From positions 1 through 64,000 of the forward strand of contig JADIIX010000049.1 in assembly GCA_027604505.1 (NCBI GenBank): a stretch of DNA of 64,000 nt, given 5' to 3'. This document shows, piece after piece, positions 48,771-61,536 of this stretch (its first letter is position 1; every line of letters starts with the position of its first letter). The translations under genes were made by a program, and so were the position numbers. The stretch comes from Gonapodya sp. JEL0774 (taxonomy: Eukaryota). The notes beneath the pieces are model-generated. The model was given only the letters and a program-made list of their open reading frames with translations, searched no databases and was not told the origin of the DNA.

Positions 48771-48819
48771 GGTCTGCATTGCAAAAGATCGTAACAATAT
48801 TTTAAGATTTTATTCCATT

Positions 48820-48856
48820 GGATGGGGATGGGAATGGGATGGGATGGGATGGGATG
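48820..48856. repeat. (GGGAT)n-like pentanucleotide microsatellite
   Basis: ggatggggatgggaatgggatgggatgggatgggatg read directly. Confidence 0.8.
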
Positions 48857-49062
48857 CCACAATGGGATTTTGCTCCGGTGTATGACACTCACTCTGACAA
48901 GGACACTCCATCGTCGATTTCTGTCATCAGTTACAAGGTTAATGTGGAGAAATCTTAACGCTTCGCGGTTCGTGTTGAGTTGTGCAGCCATGTGGGTAAA
49001 TGGATTGAACCCTCTCGCTTGCTGAGACTCTTGGAAGTGCAAATGTATTCTGAAATGTACTC

Positions 49063-50091
49063 CTACCAGTAATAGCTATTTTGTTTCGACCAATTAAAAT
49101 TCTTTCCAATTTCGGGTGGTATAATTTTGTCCCAAGAGTTCTCGGTGACGCGGTTATCCAAACCGTATCGCTCGGAAGGCGACCGAACAAGCATGGCAAG
49201 TCTGCGGTCGTTCAGTCGAACATCGCCGACAGCTTCGCCAGGAAAGTATTTCGGGAATGAGCTGAAGTCGCCATAGTTTCTCAAATACAGCACGATGGTA
49301 GGGATGTGTTCTGGATGAGCATAATGAAGCTTCACATCCCCGATTCCAAACATCATGTGTCTTCCCACGATGTGTTCGACACTACGAAAAACCAGCTCCT
49401 CAACGTCTTTTGCTGTCCAAACCTCAACCTCCCCCTCTTCTGGAGCCTTGTAGTACACAGCTGCCTCTGTTGTAAATGCACCTTTCAATGCAGAAGCAAA
49501 AAGCGACCTGCCTCCTTTCTCAAAGTGCGCAAACTCTTGAAGGACTTCCGAGTACGGGCGGCGAAGGCGTGGTTGGTCTCGAATTGGGTTGTTGTCTGCA
49601 TAAGGACGTTTTTTCTCGTGTTCGTAGACCCAGGATGATTGTGAACCGCGGCATATTTTGGGTCCTGGACCCCTTTTGTAACCATGAATGGCGTAAGGTA
49701 ATCCTGATTCGCGTTGACCTCGAATGTTCCAATGTTCGCCGGATTCCAAATGGGTGACGATATGATGGTCAGTGAGCAGATTGTAGCCTGGGCGATCCGT
49801 CATTCCATCGATGCGTTCAATGTTGTAGAGTTGCCCGTCGAGAATATGAAACAACTCAATGTCCATCACTGGTCGAGTAAACTTGGAGTCCACAGCTCCT
49901 TGCCAATGCTTGCATACCATGTATAATTTGAAAACGAGGGAAGGATGTAGATAGTCGAAAATTCGATGTAGAATTTCAATGGGGAGGTGAGGCACAAATG
50001 GACGCGAAGTCGGTTGAGCTGTATTTTGAGAGCCACAAATACTGGACTGGCGTCGTTTTCGAGTCAATGTGAATGGTGCCACAAGAGTCAT
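49063..50091 (-). CDS. F-box domain protein (possible additional low-complexity 5' exons up to ~50870)
   Basis: PHLPIEILHRIFDYL...LYMVCKHWQ F-box followed by a domain I do not recognise. A gtgagt...cacag intron lies just upstream. Confidence 0.78.
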   Translation of the reverse strand: MTLVAPFTLTRKRRQSSICGSQNTAQPTSRPFVPHLPIEILHRIFDYLHPSLVFKLYMVCKHWQGAVDSKFTRPVMDIELFHILDGQLYNIERIDGMTDRPGYNLLTDHHIVTHLESGEHWNIRGQRESGLPYAIHGYKRGPGPKICRGSQSSWVYEHEKKRPYADNNPIRDQPRLRRPYSEVLQEFAHFEKGGRSLFASALKGAFTTEAAVYYKAPEEGEVEVWTAKDVEELVFRSVEHIVGRHMMFGIGDVKLHYAHPEHIPTIVLYLRNYGDFSSFPKYFPGEAVGDVRLNDRRLAMLVRSPSERYGLDNRVTENSWDKIIPPEIGKNFNWSKQNSYYW

Positions 50092-51332
50092 CCCCGGTGG
50101 TGTAGTTGGGGCAAGTGTCTGTGGGAAGAGTCAATGATACGATTGTCGTGTGGTCCGGAAGGCACGGGAGAAAAAACTCACCGGTGGATACACAAAGCGA
50201 GGTATTCGACTTCCTTTTACCGGCCGAGACAAGAATCGAAAGTGGGGTACAAGAGGTTTGGATTGCTGTTCGGAAGATGGTTAAGCGTCGTGATAATGGA
50301 GAGAAGATGGCGGGGCACGACTCACCTCTTCGGTCGAGACTTGTATCGGAGTGGTGACCGAGTTGTTTTTGACACTCATGTCAGGAGTTGCAGGCCGCCG
50401 TTCTTCGGACACGTGAGGACGTTTGGCGATTTCGTGACCCGATGGATGGACCGCCTTCAACACCACATGATTCACTGGTTTATATGATGCAAATGTCAAC
50501 GACGATGGTTTGGAATGGTCTTTCGGGACTGGTTTGAAGGGAGCAGAGGTAGGCGGAGGGGAAGAACGTCGCGTGATGGATGCTCCTGATAACCCAACCC
50601 ATTTCCGCACCGCCTTTTTCGCTGTTTTTACAGGTGCAGAGACCGATGCCGGTGGTTTGTGTTGGGCTTTGAGGTGGGTGGGGGTCTTATCGCTCGATGG
50701 CGATTGATGGCGGCCCCAAATGGACGAACTGACTTGATACTCACTATTTCCAATTCATCGTAGCGCGAACGACTATTTGCCGGTGGTTTGAGGGGGGCTT
50801 TCGTGACCGGTTTTGGAACGATTGCAAAAATGTCGGTGTTCGGGTTCTGGGTAGAAAGCGGACCACCCATCGCGCGCGACTGAAGAGAGTCGATGATCGC
50901 GTATGAATGGTATGAAACGGGGAATTTTTGGAAGGCGATGTTGCGTGTGTGTATTGGTGAGGATATCAATGGGAATTGGGAATGCTCGGAAATGGTGGTG
51001 ACATGTGCACGGACCACGAGCGATGCGCAGCGTATGTCCGAAAAACGACCATGAGTCTATCGCGTCCCTAGTACTCTCTATTTCACGTATGTCATAAAGT
51101 AGAAGTCATGACTTCAGAAAACGGGACTTGGAAACATATGAGAAGCTCCCAATTTCCAATGCTCCCGACCTTACATTGTAAAATATCATAACACATTGAT
51201 CGACACCTGGTTGCGAGGCGCCCCATCGCGAATACAGCTCCATCTGCGAACGGTGCTGCTTACTTGAAATCACTCGATGAGAACTTTGTCTCTAAGATGT
51301 ACACGCGGCGGCCGTAAAAGTCCACATGACCA

Positions 51333-52154
51333 CTAATCACCCCAGGTGGTCGCGACTGCGACCCCCGTTTTCCTGTCCTCCCCCCTGAGGTACGAATCCT
51401 CGACTGCACCCATGGGCTCGTCATCATCGATCACTTCCGCGTGATCTGTTTTGTCTGCCCACAAGAGCCCTGACTTGGGCTCTAGTGGTCCTGGGCCGAC
51501 ACCACTGGGGGTCTCTCCATCTTTGTGGATCACGAAGGCCGAGAGGCCCTGCTGACCCGTTTCGCATTCCGGAGCCTTGATGCCCTTCCTCTTCACGATT
51601 TCCGGTGCGTCTGAGCTTGATCATACGACCAGTTCTCCCTTGTTGCCGAATTTCTCCATGACAAATTTTCCCGGCTCGGCGCCATTCACGCGCTGTGTCC
51701 ATGTCGCTTGCCCTCTCAAGCAGCGTGATTAGCTGCTCGGTCTTCCCGCAAGGGTTCTTGGGCCGCCCTTTACATTCCAGGGTGACCTTAGGGTATTGGG
51801 CCTTGTCGCCCTTTCCTGTCTTCTTGCCCGACTTCCGGAGCTCAAAACTGGAATGTCCAAGAGGGCAGTTCTTACATTGCAACGATACCTTTTGGTCCAG
51901 TCCCCATACGAACATTATTTCCAATGCTTTCCATGTGGATGTGCCTGGCATGTCGTCTGGCTAGTCTTCGTTCTTTTAGGGGACGTTGAAGGTCTTACGA
52001 TATTTGGGGATTGTAAGCGAGAGCTGCGAGGTGGGGGCAGAAAAGAGGAGGGACTGGCTGGGGCCAGTGGCACGTCAGTCATTGTCTCATCAAAAAGCGA
52101 TGACGTAGCGGGGGTGGACTTAGCCTGAGCCGGCTTCAGAGCTGGCTTGGTCAC
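51333..52154 (-). mobile_element. Frameshifted Zn-ribbon ORF, possibly a decayed transposon / non-LTR ORF1-like remnant
   Basis: P/S-rich leader, then CKNC...ECKGRPKNPCGK. Coding signal is split over three frames and ends abruptly. No RT or transposase motif seen. Confidence 0.35.
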
Positions 52155-52919
52155 ATTCCACGCTGGCTGTGCGGGAGTGGTGGTAGCCTTGAGTGGTCAG
52201 GCTGTTGTAACGGCGTAGGGACCGGTGGTAGCCGTAGTCTTGGTTGCGGGTTTTTTGGCGGGGGAGGGGGGTGGGGATTTGCCTGNNNNNNNNNNCCCCC
52301 CCCCCCCCCCCCCGCCCAGGTGCCTGAGACGCTAGTGGTGGCGGGGGGGCAAATAAAAGATTCAGGTAATTCGAATGAATTGAATTGAATAAGATAGGGC
52401 ATCAAGAATAGAAGGAGAGTTGAGAGAAGAAGAGTGCAGTGGTTGTGTGCAGGGTGCAGGTGTGGGTGGAGGGAGGGTTGCAGAGGATTGGAACAGGCAG
52501 CAGCCAGCAGGAGAGCGGTGAGTTGGGGCAGAGGAACAGCGGGAGGGGTCACAGGCACCGGAGCGCACACAGAGCGGAAGTGGAACTGCACAGTGCCGGT
52601 GAGGACGAGTGCGGACCATGGACGCAGGCGATGGATGGATGTGGGCAATGGGTGGGGTGGCCCTGAACCAGACACCTGGCAAGAGGGCGACACAGGCGAC
52701 ACGACCACATACCACGCCCCCATCCACACTCCTCTTCTCCCCTTCTTCCCTTTCCAATCCTGTTTCCTCTCCCCTCCCCACACTCCCCGTGTTGGTTCCA
52801 ACTCTTGCATCCCATTCTCCTCCCCTTCTCACTCCCTTCTCTTTCCTCCCTCTCTCCCTCTTCCCCACCCGCCCCTGGTCCTCCACCTTTCCTCACATTC
52901 TTTCCTTGACATTCCAGAA

Positions 52920-54365
52920 ATGGGAGGTGTGTATTCCCCCTCTTCTCCTTTTCTCGTCTTCCTCCCAGGACCCACACTCTTCCCTTCTCTCCCTGCCCAG
53001 CCTACAAGTACCTCGAGGAGCTCTTCAAGAAAAAGCAGAGCGATGTCCTTCGCTTCCTACTCCGTCTCAGGGCCTGGGAGTTCCGGTGAGTACGGACAAC
53101 ATTCCCCGGTGCTTCGGTCCCCCAGATCTCAGGACACGGGCAGGATCGACTCAACACAGAAACCCAGAGTCCCAGAGTCCGTTTGACCAGGACAGTTGAT
53201 TGTCGGGAATTGGAAGCGCAAATGGAAATGGAAATCGGAATGGATATCGCCTCTCCATTCGCAACGACGACCCGACACACGAGACCCCGTCTGACCCATC
53301 AGATGGTCAGACCATCGGACCGCACACCGCAAATCACGACCACACATTCATATGGAGAGCGCTTGTGGATTTGGTGGACTCGATGAACTCGGATGAAGAA
53401 CACACGGGTGGCCGTGTTCCTGTTGTTCGCTGAACACGTGCCATCGTGCCAATGTACTGTGAACGGATGGATCGATGCATGGAAACAAAAAGCACCCACT
53501 TGTTCCTGGCTCCTGGTTCCTGGTTCCTGTCCCATCCCATCCTGTCTCACACACCACACCCCACTCCCGTTCCCCCTTTTCTCCCATCCATCCCCTTCCC
53601 CTCACACCTCACAGCCAACTCAACGTCATCCACCGCGCCTCCCGCCCCTCCCGCCCCGACAAGGCCCGCCGTCTTGGCTACAAGGCCAAACAAGGCTACG
53701 TCATTTACCGCATCCGGGTCCGCCGCGGTGGGCGCAAGCGCCCCGTGCCCAAGGGCCAGGTGTACGGTAAACCCGGAAACCAGGGTATCAACCAGCTCAA
53801 GTACCAGAGGAGCTTGAGGGCCACCGCAGAGGAGAGGGTCGGCCGCAGGTGTCCCAATTTGAGGGTGTTGAATTCGTACTGGGTGAATGAGGTCAGTGGC
53901 GCGAGACGCAAGGGGAGCGGAGCGACATAGAGCGAGCAACCCTCGAGGGGACCGCACTCGAACGAGATCAACCCGCAGGCGAGATGGAAACGAATTCGCA
54001 ATTTCTGACACAAACAACATTCCCGCCGCACCTCTCCCCCCCTTTGCAGGACGCCACTTACAAATTCTTCGAAGTGATTTGCGTCGACCCCTCTCACAAG
54101 GCCATCCGCCGCGACCCTCGGATCAACTGGATCGCCCAGCCTGTGCACAAGCACCGCGAGTCTCGTGGTCTCACGGGGATCGGAAAGAAGAACAGGGGCA
54201 TTGGAAAGGGACACGGGTTCAACAAGACCATTGGTGGGGGTCGCAGGGCCAACTGGAAGAGGAGGAACACGTTGTCGCTGCGGAGGTGGGTGAAGGGGGA
54301 GGGCCGGGGGGGGGAGGGGGCAGGTGCGACGATAGGGTCGTGATGGTGCTGACCCGTGTGCGGGA

Positions 54366-54396
<31 letters not shown>

Positions 54397-54416
54397 GCTC
54401 GTTTAGGTACCGTTAA
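52920..54416 (+). CDS. RPL15: 60S ribosomal protein L15 (eL15), 5 exons
   Basis: [49 protein letters not shown] and [10 protein letters not shown]...LSLRRYR*. Confidence 0.98.
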
Positions 54417-55329
54417 GCGGTCCGCGCTGCGACACCGGGTACACCGCTCCGTGGTCGTGTCCCGTGTGTGTGTGTGGTGGTCGCCTGTCCCCTATCTTGT
54501 TGTGGTTGTGTGTGGCGTGGCAGTTGTGCTTGTGCTTGTGATTGTGCTTGTGGTAGGCCGGGGACCGTAGCTGTGGGGAAACGGAGAACAACGTGTATTC
54601 ACCCTGGCCCTCGTCCTGGATCGTCCGGGAGTGAGAAATACATTGTGCGCATATATTGGAGATAAAAGGGAGGCCCATTTGGGGGNNNNNNNNNNTCCTC
54701 GCTGTCTACGTTGCGTGTCGTGCCCGTCGGCACTTCTCGCCCGCTCCCCCCCCGCCCCCCCCCCTGCCCGCGGGCGGCGGCGGGCGCGCCCCCCCGCCCC
54801 CCCGCCGGGGGGCGGCGGGTGAGGGAGGAAGCGTGGGTTGGGGGTCTGGTGCGCGTGTGGGTCAGGTAGGTGCCGTCGTGGTGCATGAGTGGCGTGATAT
54901 CGTGGAAGGGACCAGGGAGGGCGGGGGGGGGGAAGGGGTTGGGGGTTTGCAATAGTTATTATGGCCTGTCGTTGTGATGTAGGTGCACACTGTGGTACGG
55001 TAATCTCCCTGAATGTTAACGCCGTTGTTGGCGTGGACGACCAAATTATTACATATGCACTACAACATCCTAGTCAATATGTCGGCGTCGGCATCGGCGA
55101 CGCCCAAGTTGGATGTGACGCAAGAGCCCGGTGGGAGCACACATCTCACATCCGAGCTCATTTTACATTGCGGGTTCATTACATACCAGGCAGAATCTAA
55201 CGGAATTGATAAGCGAAGAGCAAGAAACACACGTGCCACACATGTCACAAAACGCCCGATCGGTTTGCAAGACCAGCGTTCGTGGATAGCCATGTCTTCC
55301 TCGACATCGTTCCTCCTATCCCTCTGCCA

Positions 55330-56415
55330 TCACTCTTCAGACGGGTCAGACGGCTTAGCCGGGTCACGGCACACCGCCCAACCAACCAACGGCCTCAGCG
55401 TCGTCTGGTCCGGTTCGATCGTCCCGCCAATCAATCCAACCACCAGTGTCGCGTTGTACTCGTCCCCATTGTCGTTCACTTTGATGGGGCAGGTGGGACA
55501 TCCCGTGGTGACGTTTTCTTCGCTCAGCACGCACCACGGTGTGGTGGGCTCGTCGATGTGATCGGGGATGGTTTTACAGTTTGCTTGCCACTTGCCATGC
55601 TTGTCGAATACTGTGAAGGTCGTGATCCACCCGGAAAGGTAATCGCTCCCAGACCCCAATATGTGGATGTCGCAGATCCTGTTCCAGAACTCCAAATCTA
55701 CCGTACCGTCAAACGCGGCCACAAAGTGTCCCAGAATAGGCACCAACATGTCCTGCCAGGCGACACAGTCAGAGCCGTACGAGGCCAACCGGCTCGCTCG
55801 GAGTAGAACCTCCTCCCAGTCCTGTCGCTCGCCCTCGAGGGTGATGCGAGGGATGCCGCACAAGAGCTCCATCTCGTAATCGAAGTAGCTCTTGACCGTG
55901 GTCATCAGCAGCATGCCACCGACGATGCGGTCCGTCTGCGTCGTGGTGGAGAAGTGGGGAATGATCCAGCGGCGGAGGTCCTGGTCTTTGACGTTCTTAT
56001 GGATCTCTGCCTCGAACCAGTCTACGGCTTCTGCCATGAGCCCCGGGGTCTGCATCGTGCCACTGGACACAAACGTGAGGTTTTTTTTGCCCTCAAAGTT
56101 CACAAACCTCGACCTCAGCACCTCGGCGTTTGCCTCGGCGAAGCGAGCAAACTGGCTCACGATGGCAATCCATACGTCGTCGGGCCTGATGACGAGGTTG
56201 TGGTGCTTGCAGTACGCCTGTAGGACGAGGTCGACCAGGCCGCCTCGGAGGGGTACGAACGTGTCCTTGGGGACGTCTGAGCTGACGACGAGGGTCGATC
56301 TGGGATCGAGATGGGAAATGTACTCGACGAAACCAAGGGGATGGGAGTCGGCAGTGGTGTGGTGAGGAACAGGTTGAGGTTTGAGATTCGGTGCGGCTAA
56401 GATTGATACGGGCAT
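55330..56415 (-). CDS. DUF4419 family protein (intronless)
   Basis: AYCKHHNLVIRPDDVW, LRSRFVNFEGKK, PHFSTTT, YFDY...CGIPRITLEG..DW and YLSGWIT. Confidence 0.88.
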   Translation of the reverse strand: MPVSILAAPNLKPQPVPHHTTADSHPLGFVEYISHLDPRSTLVVSSDVPKDTFVPLRGGLVDLVLQAYCKHHNLVIRPDDVWIAIVSQFARFAEANAEVLRSRFVNFEGKKNLTFVSSGTMQTPGLMAEAVDWFEAEIHKNVKDQDLRRWIIPHFSTTTQTDRIVGGMLLMTTVKSYFDYEMELLCGIPRITLEGERQDWEEVLLRASRLASYGSDCVAWQDMLVPILGHFVAAFDGTVDLEFWNRICDIHILGSGSDYLSGWITTFTVFDKHGKWQANCKTIPDHIDEPTTPWCVLSEENVTTGCPTCPIKVNDNGDEYNATLVVGLIGGTIEPDQTTLRPLVGWAVCRDPAKPSDPSEE

Positions 56416-56699
56416 GATGTCTGGTTCAAACGAAAGAGGGCAATCTCATAGTTGGAGCGGCTCCCAACGAAGGAAATAAGTAATAAGTTCAGTTGGTTGT
56501 TGCTGCAGATCAGCAGAATCAGCGGGTCAGTGGACTCCCGGTAGGCCACAGCAGCAAAACCCCCATTCTCCCCTCTCCAAGTCTCTCTCGCTGGTGTTCA
56601 ATTCACGTCGCCCTCATACAATTCCCACTTGTCCCGCTCGCTCCCACCAACCCATACTTCCCCGCTCTCCCTGTAAACCCCCTGTTGCCCCCCCTACTT

Positions 56700-57976
56700 A
56701 TGGTACGTTTTTCGCCCACCCCACCCCCTCAACCACACCTCCTTTCTCATTCAATTCCCCCCGAATCCCCCACCCGCGACCCCATCCTTCCTCCAGACAA
56801 TCCAAGATAAAATTGTCGGCGCGGGGATCATGGCATTTGCGGCCGCGGTGTTTCTCTACTACACGGCATGGGTTTTTGTGGTGGTGAGTTGGTCGGTTGG
56901 TGGGGTGGGTGGGAGAACGGCCGAAGGGGGTGCGAGACAACGTGAGAGAGCAGAGCAACAGTGTGTGGGATGAGGATGGGGACGGGTCGCAGAGATGCAC
57001 CGAGGATGAATGGGCAGGGTTTCTAGTCAGCCCTGTGTTTCAACTCTGCAACCACACTATAACACCCTTCAAACCATTACCTGGCGCATACGATGTCAAT
57101 GAAGCCTCCATGCCAGGGCCGGTATAGGTGCTTTCAGTAAGGGATGTGCCTGATGCGCGAGGGTGGGATGCTGTGTGGAGTCATACGACTGTGATTGATT
57201 GGGGATGTGGGCGGGGTAGGACGTGGCGTGAACGGAGACGTCGTGGAGCGCTATGGAAAATGAAGGAGAGTGGGAATGCAGACGGAGGATGGAGAGTGGG
57301 TGGTTGTCGGTTAGGTCGGAAGGAGACTTTGACGGATCAAGGTGTGTCGTGCGAGACGATATGGGACGGTCATGAGAGAATCGCAAGAAGCACAAACGCC
57401 AGCGTGATGTTGCTTGGGTCAGAAAAGAAATCGGGTATCGTTGTGCGCCCCGGTGTGGGAGTTTGAAAGTAGAGATAATCTTGGAGAAGCGACCCACCTC
57501 TTCGAATGGGGTGGAGCGGAGAAATGGGAGCATGGGGACGGACATATGAGGGTGAAATACGAGGACTTCAAGGGACTGACGTGGGACAAAATATGTGGAC
57601 GTGTTTGGGTGGGTCTGGTGCGACGACGGTGGTGTTGGTGTGGGAGGATGTAAATGGGGACAGACCCACCAGGCACGATCCACTCGGGGAGTGTCTCAAC
57701 GCACTTTTTTCCGTTCGTCGTCCACCAACTCTACCTACCTCCCCTCCATCCCTCCATGCCTTCTTAACACCCCTCACACCTCAACACCCTTCCCACACAT
57801 CCCAGCCCTTCCTGGACCCCACCAGCCCCCTCCAATCCCTCTTTCTTTCCCGTGAATGGGCGGTACGAATACCCGTAGCGCTGGTCATCCTGGGTGTGTC
57901 GGGCGTCGGGGGTGTGACCGCCGTGGTTATGATTAGAGAGGGGAGGAAGAAGGGGAAGAGTAGTAAAGGGGAATAG
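56700..57976 (+). CDS. DPM2: Dolichol-phosphate mannose synthase regulatory subunit Dpm2 (3 exons)
   Basis: M|TIQDKIVGAGIMAFAAAVFLYYTAWVFVV|PFLDPTSPLQSLFLSREWAVRIPVAL... with a lysine-rich C-terminus. Confidence 0.92.
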
Positions 57977-58043
57977 AAGAGAGGTTGGGCGGGAATGAAA
58001 AAAATGGAGGTGAAACCGTGAAGTTTTCTCCCGTCGTGGGGTA

Positions 58044-61000
58044 ATGACGGCGCTCCAAGGTCCCTTCAATATTCAGCGACCTGCATACATTGTCAATCGA
58101 CTCCCCCTCGATGCCGCTATGCTAACTCCCATTGTCATCGAATCTTACACTGGCGGCTCTGACGAATCGACCCACCTGCCTCATGGCGAAGGTATGGCCG
58201 CTCCGTTTTTTCGCAGCCGCTGTTCGTTCAACACATCCACCCGACATCACCCCCAACCCCACCCAACCCCAAACCCAGGCACGGCCAAATTCCTCAACCA
58301 TGGCGCGCAGTATTCGGGGTCGTGGAAAACCGGGATGATGGAGGGGAGGGGGTGTTACAAGTGGGACGACGGCACGGTATACGAAGGGACGTTTTCGGGA
58401 AACAGGATGACGGGGAGTGGAATTTATCGGTGGTGGGTCTTAACGCTTCGTTTTATTTGGCGTAGATCCAGAGGATGAATTGGCCTGACGCGTTGGCTTG
58501 TGCGGGTCGCCTCTGGTGCCCAACGCAGGAGCGACGGGTCTTCGTACCGCGGCGGCGTGCGGGACGGATTGCGGAACGGGAACGGGGTGTTCACGTGTAC
58601 GAGTAGAGAGGCGAGGTATAAAGGGGATTGGCTGAACGGGAAACATCACGGATATGTGGGTTTGTGTGGAGGTGAAGGGGACCAAACAGCGAGCACGGAT
58701 TCTGACGTGGACGTGCGCTGTGTCCGACGGGTTTTTCAAAGGGAGTGCTCGTATACGAAGGTTCCGGGAATTGTTACTACGAAGGTACGTTTCTCGGGGG
58801 TTTTCCCTCCAATCTGTTTCTTGGAGCACACCCAACCCACCACGTGCACTCCAGGCGAATGGGTCGACGGCGTCAAATCCGGCAAGGGCGTCATGCACTA
58901 CGCCTCGGGGAACCTTTACGACGGGGAGTGGCTCGACAACCAAAAGCATGGTAAGGGGAAGATGTTGTGGAAGGATAGGGACGAGGTGTACGTCGGGGAC
59001 TGGGAGGTGAGAGGAGGTTTTCTGTCTGGGGGGTTGGGGGGGGGGGGGGGGGTTAGGGGGNNNNNNNNNNGTGTCTGCCCGGCCGTCCGGCGCGCGCGCC
59101 CCGGCGCCGCCGCCCGCGCCCCCCCGCCCCCCCGCCCCCCGCCCCGGCGGCCGGGCGGCCCCGCCGCGGTTCGGGGGCGGTTTTGACACGGGAACTCATC
59201 GGGGCTGACTGTTTTCTCCTTTGTGGGTGGCTAGAATGGGGTACAGAGCGGGACGGGAGTGTACACGTGGCGGCGAAAGACCACGGGAAAGAAGTCGCGG
59301 TACCCGTTTGAGAACAGATACGAGGGTGAGAACCCTCCATACAGTGCTTTTGTATTCGTGAACTGATTTTTGGATACTTGATTTGGATACGTGATCCGGA
59401 TATGAACCTCATGGAACAGGACAGTGGCAAAACGGTCTTCGCGATGGTGTGGGAAGGTTTCTCTACGCGAGTGGGGGAGTCTTCCAAGGGAACTGGCGAG
59501 CGAATCGAAAGGTGAGTATAGCTGTGTAGTCTAACTAAGTACCTTGGACGGTGGAAATTGTGTCCGTGGTAGAACGGACCTGGTGTTCTCATCACCGAGA
59601 ACGGGGTGCGGTATCTTGGCGAATGGAGTGACGACAGGCCTGTCAACTTGTTTCCCGAATTGAGCAGCGGTGAGTCGTTTGGGTTTCTGATTCCCGACAA
59701 CGTGCTGTGGTGAATGTCAGCATCTCGTGGGGTCGTTACCAGAGCAACCGTACGCTTTCTCCCTACGAGACCTGATTGCGGCGGCAGATGATGCCGGTTT
59801 GAAACATGCCCTCAAAGATCTCAATTCGACAGTCGTTCGATACATTGGACCGCTGACTGACGTGTACGAAAAGTACACGTCCGTCGGGCCCCAAAAGTAT
59901 CCCCCAGACCCTTGTGCGGCACTCTCGCGAATGCAACTCTGGCGATTCTTGGACGATTTCCAACTCCATAAAAAGGGAAAGACAATGAGTGAGAGTTCAA
60001 TTCTTGGTGGTGATGTGGCAACCTGAGGCGGCCGTCATCGTTCTCATCAGTGCTTCTCAAAGTTGAAATGGACTGCGCATATGCTGTTGTGTTCCGAAAG
60101 GATGAGTTTTTTCAACATAGGTTTCAGGTGCGTTTATATCGCAAAGCTCAGCTGAAAATCTGGAGAGGGACCGATGGGTTTGAGCTTCGGTTCTAGGATC
60201 CTCATTCTACCACCGAACAGTTTATCTTCTTCGATTTCCTTCAATACTTGATCCGAATAGCCAACCTCGTGTTCGGCGACAGGGATCAAATGTTCCCAAA
60301 TGAACATGTTCTCGCATCTCGGCTTGAACTTCTACTGAAAGGCGATATCATCCCGAACCTAGACAAGCTGAAAACAGATCCGGACAATGCGCGTGATCTC
60401 TTACTGAACAAGGTTGAAACCACGTTTGCGGACCGCATCCGTACACTGTACGCAAAGAACTCTAAGACTCGCATACGCTCCGGTGATGAGGAGTGGATCG
60501 ATTCCACGCTTTCAATGCGTCAAATTCTCTGGATGTTTAATGTGAGTTTGTCGAACAACTCGGTTACTATTTTTCTGTGGGAATGCTCAAAAGTCAGGGC
60601 TTTTAGGACTCTGGGTTTCTCAATCACATGAAAGGATGTCTTTCAGTAAGTTGGCTGCTGTCGTACTTTACAGAACGAAGTCCAGACGCCGGTGATTGGA
60701 ACCTGGAGTTTGAGGTAAGTCGCGCAAGTTGAACGGTCCTGGTGTTCTAGACTTGCGTCCCCATGATTCCTCCTACCGTATACAACACCAGCTGACACCG
60801 TATGAGGTCGAAGTAGTTCTGTTCGATTGCTCTCTTGCTGCCACCCGCGGATCATCAGTGATGCCGGATCAAGTAACGATCAGCTTTCCTGCGGATGTTC
60901 CACAGATTCCCATTATATCTGCACCGTCCACTGCGGATTTGAATCCCGTGATCATAAGCGAAGAAGACCACTCCGAGGTTGAAGTGGTGGTACCCAGTAT

Positions 61001-61536
61001 TAGTGTACCAACCATCGTTGAATCTGAACACTCTGTGGCGGTGGCAGGGGCAGGCAAGAACTCGGAAATAACGAGGGTTTCGTCATCGTCTGCCGGCCGC
61101 CGAAGCAGCTCTGGCACAAAACTATCAGACAAAATGAAGACAAAGTCAAACGGGCCATCGATAGACGTGCTTGCGATAACAGTTCCTCCAAGCACATCGC
61201 TAACTGCGTCTGTAGTGGTAGAGGAGCCAGCGCTAGGGTCAGATTTGGGAAGATCCACTCAAGGTTCGTGAAGCGGAGCTTGGACAAAGAAGTTGTAACT
61301 ATGTAACCGAGTGCTGTTACCTTACTAGATTCAGGACTTACATTTGACCCGCTGCAGCTGGTGCTAGCAACCGGTGAGTACAACAAGCTCTGTCGCGAAT
61401 CTCATTTGAGATGTTGCTGGACACCAATTTACACAACACTCTGTGGAATTGATCAGATGATCTACCAAGTCTCACCCCTCGTGTAATGGAATTCTTTGAT
61501 AAGTTTCTTTCTAGGTTTGAAAGCACAAGATCGTAA
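58044..61536 (+). CDS. RSPH10B: MORN-repeat protein, radial spoke head 10B-like; ends approximate, spans a gap
   Basis: About ten MORN repeats (YxGxW..G..HG.G), including YASGNLYDGEW and the RYPFENRYEG insertion, followed by a helical C-terminal region. Confidence 0.78.

Noticed and set aside
53086..53613. Possible snoRNA in the long RPL15 intron (atgaaga...ctga; hairpin tctgacc/ggtcaga)
   Set aside because: No canonical box C, the C-to-D span is too short, and no convincing antisense element was found.
55013..56365. Long plus-strand ORFs antisense to the DUF4419 gene (and similar shadow ORFs opposite NBP35, RPL15 and the oxidase)
   Set aside because: Shadow frames caused by GC-rich codon usage of the real gene on the opposite strand.
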